Positions 47,729 through 55,907 of a stretch of 64,000 nt of DNA are shown here, in pieces. Numbering within the stretch: the stretch's first letter is position 1; each line of letters starts with the position of its first letter. The position numbers and the translations under genes are program-made. Under the pieces are notes generated by a model. That model saw nothing but the letters and a program-made list of their open reading frames with translations. It searched no databases and was not told the DNA's origin. Where the stretch lies: positions 124,001 through 188,000 of IMG/VR virus record IMGVR_UViG_3300009093_000035; one strand, written 5' to 3'.

Positions 47729-48751
47729 TTACGTCTTTCGAGGGTCTGTATCACCCCCAAATGTGACGAAACCGTTCGATGAGAGAAGGGTGGACTCCAA
47801 AGCATCCTTCGGAGCGCGCGGCTTCCGCGCGTTCTCTTCCTTCCACTTCTGATGGGCCGGACACACCGGCTTGAAGTCGCAGAAGTTACAAGCCTTCGTA
47901 GAAGGGCTGGGGTCGAAGTATTCCTTCAACATGACCTTCCGCGTCTCGACCGAGCGGTGGGCGAGGGTCTTCAGATCGCTCCGGTCGCAGGACACCTCGA
48001 CCAAGCCGCTCCACTCTTCCGGCTTCCCCTCGTAGGGCTTGTTCGGACCGACTTCCTTCGGAGGAACGCCCTCGGGGAACCGGAAGTAGGCAAAGGCCAG
48101 CCGATTGGGAATCACGTTGTAGGCGACGAAGTAGCACAGGGCGTACCACCGAAGCTGATCAGCGTTCGTGTGGCGTCCGGGGCTCATCGAGTTCTTCCCG
48201 TCAACGATCGTCGTACCGTTGTCGTCGCGTCGGATGATGAGGTCGGGGCGACCCGCGATCTTCGTGAACTTGTCCACGTAGCCAGAAAGCTCGACTTCGG
48301 ACTTCGCGTACTGACCGAGAAGGCGATTCCGCCTCATCGTGCGGAGGTAGTTGAGAATCCCTTCGAGACAGATCCGAAGCAGGACCTCCTTCGGGGGAGA
48401 CTTGTCGTGCTTCACCCGAGAGTTCTCGGTCCAGTCCTCGTCCCACTCGATGTAGGTCTTCGAGAGACGTAGGGCGAAATCCTTCTCGACAATCTCCGTC
48501 AAGCGCTGTACCAGCGTCGCGGGCTCGCGCCACAGCTCATCGTTGTAGAGGCGCTCGATCGCCCAGGACAGGACGTTTCCCATCATGGCGTTGTGACCCG
48601 ACATCCGGACCTCAGGGAGAGGCTTCCCCTTCCCGGGCCCTCGGCCGAGATCGATCACACCGAATCCGTGCTTCCACAGGTACTTCTGCGGGCACTCTTC
48701 GTAGGCCTCGATGTGGGACCACCACAAATAACGTTCGGATGACATAGCCAT
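47729..48751 (-). CDS. PD-(D/E)XK exonuclease (RecB/AddB/Cas4-like)
   Basis: WSHIEAYEECP, GRPDLI, IVDGK, QLRWYA, CNFCDFKPVC Fe-S ligands. Confidence 0.88.
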   Translation of the reverse strand: MAMSSERYLWWSHIEAYEECPQKYLWKHGFGVIDLGRGPGKGKPLPEVRMSGHNAMMGNVLSWAIERLYNDELWREPATLVQRLTEIVEKDFALRLSKTYIEWDEDWTENSRVKHDKSPPKEVLLRICLEGILNYLRTMRRNRLLGQYAKSEVELSGYVDKFTKIAGRPDLIIRRDDNGTTIVDGKNSMSPGRHTNADQLRWYALCYFVAYNVIPNRLAFAYFRFPEGVPPKEVGPNKPYEGKPEEWSGLVEVSCDRSDLKTLAHRSVETRKVMLKEYFDPSPSTKACNFCDFKPVCPAHQKWKEENARKPRAPKDALESTLLSSNGFVTFGGDTDPRKT

Positions 48752-48756
48752 GGACG

Positions 48757-49731
48757 CTACCCTCCTGCCTTCTCGACGTAGAGGATGGCTTGCTCTTTCA
48801 CCATCGAGGGGACGTCCAGGTCTCGGATCGCGTCTCGGATTGAGCGGTCATTCCCGTCCGAGAGGATCTTCTGGATGCTATCGACGAAGTCCTCCATCAT
48901 GTTCTCTCGGATCTTCCGAACGTCGCGAGCTTCAAGATCGAACACTTCGGAGTTGGGCGCGTACTCCAGGGGGATCTTCTCGCACGAAACCCCCCTCGCG
49001 TCGAACGAAAGGTGTACCACGGAGGGAATCCGATCCAGGTCATCTTGGGCTAGGGAACCCCGAGTCAGCGAGCCCACGTTCACGATCGTCTTCCCGGCCG
49101 CCGTGTGAGTGATGCCTTGGTCCCGGTGCCAGTGGCCGAACAGAAACACGTCCGGGTCCAGATCATCCAAGTCGGCGTACTTGATCACGTCTTCCGACTC
49201 GAAAAGCGTCCCTCCTGACGGAGAGGCCAGAACGTGAGCCATCGCCACCAAGTAGTCCTCCGAACCCTTCTTGATCCGGGTGAAGCGCTCGAAGTCGTAC
49301 TTCGTTCCGTGGTAAGGAACCCCCACGACCCGAACTCGAATCCCACCCTCTTCGAACAGCCCCTCGTATTCATCGTAGCAACGGCGGAAGGCCTCGGCAC
49401 CGAACAGAACTCCCAGAGGCTGCTGTGGCAGGAACGAGTAGTCCCCGTAGACACAGTCGTGGTTACCCACGTTCCCGTAGACCGGGCAGGGGTACTTCTG
49501 GTGAAGCTCGATTACTCTCCGGACGAGCGAGTGGGAGTTCCGAGTCGGGCTCTTGATGTCGAAGAAGTCCCCTCCATCCAGAACGGCCTTCGCCTTCAGA
49601 CGTCGAGCGATCTCCCCAACCTGGGTGAGCTTACCGATCACCGTCTCCGTCCAGTCATCCTTCCGCGAGCGCGGGGTGTGGTCGGAAAGGTGAACGTCCG
49701 TTCGCCAGATCAAGGAGATCGAAGGGCTCAC
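48757..49731 (-). CDS. sbcD: SbcD/Mre11 metallophosphoesterase nuclease
   Basis: TDVH, GGDFFD, GNHD, H, GHWH, NVGSL. Confidence 0.88.
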   Translation of the reverse strand: MSPSISLIWRTDVHLSDHTPRSRKDDWTETVIGKLTQVGEIARRLKAKAVLDGGDFFDIKSPTRNSHSLVRRVIELHQKYPCPVYGNVGNHDCVYGDYSFLPQQPLGVLFGAEAFRRCYDEYEGLFEEGGIRVRVVGVPYHGTKYDFERFTRIKKGSEDYLVAMAHVLASPSGGTLFESEDVIKYADLDDLDPDVFLFGHWHRDQGITHTAAGKTIVNVGSLTRGSLAQDDLDRIPSVVHLSFDARGVSCEKIPLEYAPNSEVFDLEARDVRKIRENMMEDFVDSIQKILSDGNDRSIRDAIRDLDVPSMVKEQAILYVEKAGG

Positions 49732-49732
49732 C

Positions 49733-50344
49733 TCAGAGGGTTCCCTTCAACGACGGGTAGTTCCGATCGAACCAGGAAACGGCCTCGCGTCCCGACTGGC
49801 TCATGATGATCCCGTTCCGAAGCGAAGAGAACAGGGACTTCAGGGCGACCTTGGCCAAGGCCGAGTCCGCCTCCTGAAGGTGGTAGTCGGCGACGAGGAG
49901 ACTCACGATCTGATCCTCGTTGCCAGAGAGTTCGAAGCTTCCCGTAAGCCAGAAGCTCATCGAGGCCCCTGCCGCGTAGGCGTCGGTCTCGTACTTCACA
50001 CGAGACTCAGTCTCCGTCGCATAGAGCCAGAGGAACTCCGTGCTCGAAGCGTGGAACTGGATCACGTGTTGGATCTCATGGGTGAGGATCTGGATGAACT
50101 CCCGAGGATCTCCGTTGAGGGTCGCGTCGGGCATGTAGACCGTGTCCCCGAGCGTCGTCGTGATCCGAGTCAGGAAGTCCGAGCCGGACGCGAGCCCCCC
50201 GGTTCCGAGCGTACGGGCGAGGTCGAACCCCGTCGCGACGGCCTTCATGACGTCAGAGGTCTCCTTCTGGACGACCTTCGCCCCGAACTTCCCGCACATG
50301 TACGAAGAGAACTCGGCCGCTACCTTCTTCATGTCGACGGTCAT
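49733..50344 (-). CDS. HEXXH zinc metallopeptidase-like protein
   Basis: TTLGDTVY, LTHEIQHVIQF, YETDAY; start MTVDM at 50344. Confidence 0.75.
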   Translation of the reverse strand: MTVDMKKVAAEFSSYMCGKFGAKVVQKETSDVMKAVATGFDLARTLGTGGLASGSDFLTRITTTLGDTVYMPDATLNGDPREFIQILTHEIQHVIQFHASSTEFLWLYATETESRVKYETDAYAAGASMSFWLTGSFELSGNEDQIVSLLVADYHLQEADSALAKVALKSLFSSLRNGIIMSQSGREAVSWFDRNYPSLKGTL

Positions 50345-50592
50345 GGCTGACCTCCCGCGCAGGCCGACTGAGGGACACAAGCGTGGACCCCGTCGGACGT
50401 CATACAACAGACCGCCCCGAGCGAGGCACAGGTCACGTCCCCTACCGGAGACCAACGCTGAGTCCCTGAACAGACCTGGGGGCGATCGTCGATACACGTC
50501 GAGGTACTCGGAGCGCATCCGCTAGGAGCCGGTAGGTGTGGGCAACCGCTGACGACGAGCGTCAGGACGAGACTAGTGAGAATGGGCTTCAT
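50341..50592 (-). CDS. Small cysteine-rich lipoprotein
   Basis: Signal peptide with lipobox VSGC, then eight further Cys. Confidence 0.75.
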   Translation of the reverse strand: MKPILTSLVLTLVVSGCPHLPAPSGCAPSTSTCIDDRPQVCSGTQRWSPVGDVTCASLGAVCCMTSDGVHACVPQSACAGGQP

Positions 50593-51787
50593 GATCCGCT
50601 CCGCAGAAGGGGCATTTTCCGGATTCCCGGAAGAGAGTCTCCACCTCGGAAACCGAGGTACCGTGTTCCTGGCGGAGCGTTTCGAGCTTAGCTGTAAGAG
50701 TCCCTACCGTCGCCTTAGCGGCCTTCCACTTCTCAGCCAGGGTACGGAGCGCCTCGATACGGTCGCGGGCTTCTAGAGCCCCTTTCGGGTCCGGGAGGAC
50801 CATCGCCCTAAACCCCTCTGAGGCTTTCCGGGATAGGTCTCGTTCCGACTTCGCCTTCGCGAGCCGAGACCCGGTTCCGGAGACCCACTCTAGAGCCGCA
50901 CTGGTCTTCTTCGCCCGGGCGACTAGGTCAGGATCTCCGATCGTGATCCCCTTCGCGGGAAGCAGCTTCGACAGCACCTCCTTCGAGGTTACCAGTCGAT
51001 CTCGAAGGCCTGAGACTTCGGAGTACGCCTTCTGTCCGGCCTTGATTCGGTCCGACCCAGAGATCTCGACCTTCCTCACTGGAAGAAGCTTCGAGACTGC
51101 ATCCCTGGACGAGACCCACCGCTCCCTGAGGGCCAGTATCTCCCGATGAGAGCGGCGTCCGCCCTCGATCTTCTCGTTCAAAGGGCCCAACGCCCGAACC
51201 TTCGAGGCGAGGTCGTCCAGCCCGTCGAACTTCTGTAGTTCCAACTCGAACCGAGTCGTGTCCGCCGTCCGAACCTTCAGATCCGAGGCGGCGCTACGAC
51301 GGTCAGACTGAGAGAGACGAAGAGCTTCGTTGAGAACGCCGACCTTATCGATGTTCGCGATCGCTTCCGCGAGAACGCTCCCCGGCTTGTCGAGGAGGAA
51401 GATCTGTCCCACGAACTGGTGGGCGAACTGGGGCCACAAGTCGGCCCCTGTAGCCTCGATCGGATAGACCCCAAGCTTCTTCACGTCCTCGGGAGCCCCG
51501 GATCCGACCCGTTCGAGCGTCGTCCCGTCCAGCTCGTACCGATTCACCTTCGGGCCCTTCTCCCAGGAGAGCTTGTGGCCGTCCGAGAAAGAGAGGTCCA
51601 CTTTCGAGGAGTCCTTCCCGGAACGGACGAAGCTCGTCCCACGAGTGTTCGTGAACGCCCCGAAGATCGCTCGGATCAGCGCCGTCTTCCCTGAGTTGTT
51701 CGGACCGGTGATGATCGTGAGACCATTCACCTCAATCGTCACATCCCCGATAGACTGGAAGTCGCGGACTCGAACCGAAAAAGGCAT
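50573..51787 (-). CDS. SbcC/Rad50 N-terminal half (Walker A, Q-loop, coiled coil, ends at the CPFC hook)
   Basis: RDFQSI, GPNNSGKT, HQ, coiled coil, GKCPFCG then stop. Confidence 0.88.
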   Translation of the reverse strand: MPFSVRVRDFQSIGDVTIEVNGLTIITGPNNSGKTALIRAIFGAFTNTRGTSFVRSGKDSSKVDLSFSDGHKLSWEKGPKVNRYELDGTTLERVGSGAPEDVKKLGVYPIEATGADLWPQFAHQFVGQIFLLDKPGSVLAEAIANIDKVGVLNEALRLSQSDRRSAASDLKVRTADTTRFELELQKFDGLDDLASKVRALGPLNEKIEGGRRSHREILALRERWVSSRDAVSKLLPVRKVEISGSDRIKAGQKAYSEVSGLRDRLVTSKEVLSKLLPAKGITIGDPDLVARAKKTSAALEWVSGTGSRLAKAKSERDLSRKASEGFRAMVLPDPKGALEARDRIEALRTLAEKWKAAKATVGTLTAKLETLRQEHGTSVSEVETLFRESGKCPFCGADHEAHSH

Positions 51788-51846
51788 TGACCACCTCCGC
51801 AAGGGGCCGAGAGGCCCCCGCGTTCGTAGACGCTACGCGAAAGGAA

Positions 51847-53187
51847 TCAGGCCTCTTCGCTCTCTTCCGCAGCCTTCTTCTTCGCTGCCAACTCTTCCTC
51901 GGTCGGGGGAAGAATGTCGTCGAACAGGTTGTCGGTGACGGCGTCGTCCTCGAAGATCTCCGATCCGTCCGGGCCTTCGTCCGCCGATTCCGACGCCTTC
52001 ACGGCGCTCAGCTTCGGGACGAGGAGGCTGAAGAGCGTCTGGAGGGCGCCCTTCCTCTCGGCGATCTGCTTGATCAGCGGATCCATACCCTGGGCACGGA
52101 TCGAGCCGCCCGGAGCGCCCTCCCACTCGTACCACGAACCGCTCTTCCCGATCACCTTGTAGACGATCGCGAGATCGACGACGGATCGGTTGTTGTCGAT
52201 GCCGACGCCGGACTTGAGATAGAACTTCTGCTCGTGGTGGACGGAGTCGCTCACCTTGCACTTGTCGAGCTTCGCGAGAACGACCGTGCCGGTCACCATC
52301 TCCTCGGTCTTCCCGGTGATGGCGTTGAAGGTCTTCGTCTTCTCCTTGTTGAAGACGCGGAGCATCATCCGCACCGCCGAGTAATACTTCCAGGCCTCTC
52401 CGCCCTGGGGCTCGGCGTCCGGTCCGTGGCCCTGGGAGTTGATCTTCTTTCGAAGCTGGGAGATGCCGATCACGCAAGAGTCGCTCTTGCGAATCAGGGT
52501 CTTGAACTTCGGGAGGAACTGGCTCCACTTCTGAGCCACGAGGCCAATCCGTCCCTGGTCGCCTTCGTCCTCGATGTTCCGATGGAACAGGTCGTGGGGA
52601 ACGCCTGCGCCCACCGAGTCGAGGACGATCAGGTCCACTCCGGCGCTCGCCATCTGGACCATGATCTTCAGACCCTCTTCGAGGGTGTTCGGCTGCATCA
52701 GGAGGAACCGCGACTCGTCCTTCACCGGAACTCCGAGAGTCTCGGCCCAACGAGGATCGACCTCGTTCTCCCAGTCGATGTAGACGCACGTCCCGCCCAT
52801 CGCGCAGACGGAGGCCGCCGTAGAGAGCGCGAGGGTGGTCTTACCCGCGCCCGCGTTCCCGTAGATGTTGATGATGCGACCCTTCGGAAGACCCGGGCAG
52901 GGAGCGACTCCCCGAGAGTTGGGACGACCTCCCACGAGGAAGTCCACCACCATCGCCCCCGTCGGGATGTGGGGCATCGAAGCCTTCAGCTGTCCCTCGG
53001 TGAGAGGGACGACGTGATCTTCCTTCAGGATCTTCTTCAGGGCTTCCCGCGCTCCGATCAGCGGGCTGTTCCCCTTCTTGTTCATGATCGGCTTCGCAGC
53101 CGCCTTCTGCTGAACGGTCTTCAGGATCGCCGACGTGTTCGGCGCCTTCTTCTCGACCTTCTCGGACTTCTCGGGGGTGGGACTCAT
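51847..53187 (-). CDS. recA: RecA recombinase
   Basis: IPTG..D, GLPKGRI, GNAGAGKTT, IVLDSVGA, ISQLR, GGEAWKYYSAVR. Confidence 0.95.
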   Translation of the reverse strand: MSPTPEKSEKVEKKAPNTSAILKTVQQKAAAKPIMNKKGNSPLIGAREALKKILKEDHVVPLTEGQLKASMPHIPTGAMVVDFLVGGRPNSRGVAPCPGLPKGRIINIYGNAGAGKTTLALSTAASVCAMGGTCVYIDWENEVDPRWAETLGVPVKDESRFLLMQPNTLEEGLKIMVQMASAGVDLIVLDSVGAGVPHDLFHRNIEDEGDQGRIGLVAQKWSQFLPKFKTLIRKSDSCVIGISQLRKKINSQGHGPDAEPQGGEAWKYYSAVRMMLRVFNKEKTKTFNAITGKTEEMVTGTVVLAKLDKCKVSDSVHHEQKFYLKSGVGIDNNRSVVDLAIVYKVIGKSGSWYEWEGAPGGSIRAQGMDPLIKQIAERKGALQTLFSLLVPKLSAVKASESADEGPDGSEIFEDDAVTDNLFDDILPPTEEELAAKKKAAEESEEA

Positions 53188-53227
53188 AGGCTCTTGTCTC
53201 TTTTCGTTCCGGGGAGTCCGCGAGCCG

Positions 53228-53869
53228 TTAGGAGGCCTTCGACCAGAGGAAGAACCTGTCTTCCTCTCGATACATCAGGCCCTTCTCAACGACTTGTCCG
53301 GCTCTCTTCCCCCGCTTGAAGGTGTGGATCAATAGGAACTGCTTTTGCTCTACAGGTGTGAGGGTCTCCGCGGAGATCTCCCCTTCATAGAGCTTCCAGA
53401 AACGACCAGCGAGGCGCCCGATCAAATAGGCGTCCGCTTCGTTGTGATTCCAGGTCCCCCCTCCCGCATCCGCACGCGCGGCCTGAACCATGTCGCCCTT
53501 CATCATCTTCCAAGACTTCGGTCTCGCTAGCGATTCTCTCGCGTGAGACTTGCCCTGGCCGGGTGAGAAGTAGACGACGTCCTTCTGCTCGATTCGAAGG
53601 GCTTCGTTCGAGTAGAGGAACAGGCCGTACATGCCCTCGGAGAAGAGGTCGTTGAAGATCGGAGACTCGATCCCAACGCGGTCCGGCCGAACTTCCTGAA
53701 TGAGTTTCCGAAGAGACTCCCTCATGAAGATATACCGGTCCACGAAGGTCATGCTCGCCTTCGTAGAGAATCGACCCCTCGCCGGACAGCGCTCCGCTCC
53801 GAGCGCCTCTGTCTCATGGACGGCCCATCCGAAGGCCGTCAGCGAGGGGTCGAGCCCTAGGATCCTCAT
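53228..53869 (-). CDS. RuvC-like Holliday junction resolvase
   Basis: MRILGLDPSL..FGWA, VGIE, NEADA; start 53869. Confidence 0.88.
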   Translation of the reverse strand: MRILGLDPSLTAFGWAVHETEALGAERCPARGRFSTKASMTFVDRYIFMRESLRKLIQEVRPDRVGIESPIFNDLFSEGMYGLFLYSNEALRIEQKDVVYFSPGQGKSHARESLARPKSWKMMKGDMVQAARADAGGGTWNHNEADAYLIGRLAGRFWKLYEGEISAETLTPVEQKQFLLIHTFKRGKRAGQVVEKGLMYREEDRFFLWSKAS

Positions 53870-53870
53870 C

Positions 53871-54608
53871 TCAGGTGAGGATGTCGTCGAGCATGGAGTC
53901 GAACTCCTTGTCCGACTTCGCAGCTCCGCCCGCTCCTCCGCCGCCACCGCCCGGTCCGCCACCCGGACGGCCGCCGCCGTTGCCCGAGCTCATCTTCTCG
54001 CGGATCTGGTCGAGCGTGAGATCCTGGGCCAGCTCACCGGCGAGCTGCGGGATCGCCGCCTTCGTCGCTTCGATGATGAGGTTGGCGCGCGCCGGATCCT
54101 TCTCGTAGAGCTTCCGGAAGAGGTTCTCCCGGCACGGGGAGATCGTGATCTTCTGGTACTGGGCGTCCGTGCAGTGGAGCGTGAGGTCGTGCTGGCCGAG
54201 CGGGAACTCGCCGTGGTTCTGCTCGATGTTCCGGTACTTGTCCGTGGAGAAGATCCACGGCATGACCTGGAACTTGTTCTCCGCGAAGCCGGACTTGTCG
54301 AGCATGCCCTTCGAGTCCGTGGGCCACAGGGCGATCAGCGTCGCGACCTGCATCTTCGACTGCTGACCCGCGAGCTTCACCCACTCCGGACCGTGGTCGA
54401 TGAAGTACCCGACGCCCTGGAGGTAGAGGCGCTTCACGCCGAGGAACTTCGGGGTCTTCGCGTCGAGGTCGGGCTTCCCCTCCTCCATCCCCGGCCAGTA
54501 CACGAACGAGATGCGGTACTTCTCGTCCTGCTTCGCCTTGAAGCGACGGTTCTTCGAACCGAGATTGTCGTCTCCGACTCCGAAACCAAACTCTTCGAAA
54601 CCACTCAT
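53871..54608 (-). CDS. Probable single-stranded DNA-binding protein (gp32-like)
   Basis: Aromatic-rich core, Gly-rich linker, acidic FDSMLDDILT tail; GGAGAG SD; strong codon bias. Confidence 0.6.
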   Translation of the reverse strand: MSGFEEFGFGVGDDNLGSKNRRFKAKQDEKYRISFVYWPGMEEGKPDLDAKTPKFLGVKRLYLQGVGYFIDHGPEWVKLAGQQSKMQVATLIALWPTDSKGMLDKSGFAENKFQVMPWIFSTDKYRNIEQNHGEFPLGQHDLTLHCTDAQYQKITISPCRENLFRKLYEKDPARANLIIEATKAAIPQLAGELAQDLTLDQIREKMSSGNGGGRPGGGPGGGGGGAGGAAKSDKEFDSMLDDILT

Positions 54609-54693
54609 GGCTACTCTCTCCTGTTTGAACGAGGGCTAGTGTCATTCACTGATATGAAGGGACACCCTCTGGACATTCCTCTTTACGCTCTAA

Positions 54694-55557
54694 CTAGGTA
54701 TCAAACCCTGACAAAATGTCATCCAGTGTCTTATCCACCATCGGTTCGACGACAATGGGCTTCGGAAGGTGGTCGCCCAACCCCTCAAGAGCCTTGTCTA
54801 CGTCCGAGTCCGCGTCCACTCCTGAGGGAAGTTCCTGACGAGGCCCCACCTCTTCGAACAGCTCATCTACGCTGTTCGGACCCGGACTCGCTACGACGGT
54901 CTCTGTCTCCACCTCCTCTGCTACAGATGTACCCACAACGGGCTCCGGAGCCGCCTCGATTTCACTCAAAGCGTTATCCAGGAGCGAGTCCACTTCATCC
55001 GGGGTACCGGCGACGTGGCCCGAGGAAGGTCCGGGAACGCGACGGGTATTCCCCCATCGTCCCCCCAACCCGATCTCTTCCTGACAGATCTTGAGCTGAT
55101 CCCGGAGACGGGAAGCGATGTCCTTCAGGTCGTTCCGCTTCGTTCGGATGACGGTGATTACCGCCTCCAGATCTTCCACGGCGAACAGAAGGGCGCTGAT
55201 CCGCTCGCGTTCGACACGAAGTTTGGTGTGAGCGATCGCGAGACGATCCGAGTAGCTCGGGCCAGATCGAACCTCCGGATTGTTCGTCATGAGGTCCTGG
55301 ACCGAAAGCTCGAACATCGCCTCCGAGCGACGGTGCTCGCGCTTGTACCAGTGGAGATCTTGCGAGACCTCCAGGAACATCCTCTCGGTCCTCGACAAGT
55401 ACCCCCTACACTCCGAGGTCTTCGCGTTCAGACGCTTCGGACCCAACTCCAAAGGATCCGAGTCCAGATCCATCTGCATGGATGCCAGATCCTGATAGAA
55501 CTTCGTGATTCGGTCGGGGGAAACGGAAGGGGCGTCGTTCGTCGTTGAGTTGGTCAT
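54694..55557 (-). CDS. Coiled-coil protein, possible UvsY-like recombination mediator
   Basis: Long helical N-terminus, acidic tail, position next to the SSB-like gene. Confidence 0.45.
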   Translation of the reverse strand: MTNSTTNDAPSVSPDRITKFYQDLASMQMDLDSDPLELGPKRLNAKTSECRGYLSRTERMFLEVSQDLHWYKREHRRSEAMFELSVQDLMTNNPEVRSGPSYSDRLAIAHTKLRVERERISALLFAVEDLEAVITVIRTKRNDLKDIASRLRDQLKICQEEIGLGGRWGNTRRVPGPSSGHVAGTPDEVDSLLDNALSEIEAAPEPVVGTSVAEEVETETVVASPGPNSVDELFEEVGPRQELPSGVDADSDVDKALEGLGDHLPKPIVVEPMVDKTLDDILSGFDT

Positions 55558-55907
55558 TTGTCCTGACCCTCCACTTCGTTGATGGCCTCGACGAGGAGTT
55601 TCGCATATCCGGCCTTCGCCGCCGAGATAGCGTCAGCGCCTTGTTCGGGGGAGATGTTACCCCCTGCCACCGCATTTCTAAATGCGGCCAGATCAGCCTC
55701 TCTCGCCAACAAACAGTTGGCCACGACAGCCTCTTTCAAGGTCATCGGTTTTCCACCATCGTCGTCTGTGAGGGAGAACTCAGCCGTGAAGCCCGCCTGA
55801 GAATCCCCCAAGCGACCTTTCACCGAACGAGTAGCGATCACCTTCGTGACTCGGAGACCCGCCTTCACCCTCAGGACTAGTTCCCGGATCTCATCCTTCG
55901 TCGCCAT
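55554..55907 (-). CDS. Hypothetical protein
   Basis: AGGAG SD, coupled. Confidence 0.7.
   Translation of the reverse strand: MATKDEIRELVLRVKAGLRVTKVIATRSVKGRLGDSQAGFTAEFSLTDDDGGKPMTLKEAVVANCLLAREADLAAFRNAVAGGNISPEQGADAISAAKAGYAKLLVEAINEVEGQDK

Noticed and set aside
47729-48751. Cas4 of a CRISPR system
   Set aside because: No cas1/cas2 or array; the context is recombination genes.
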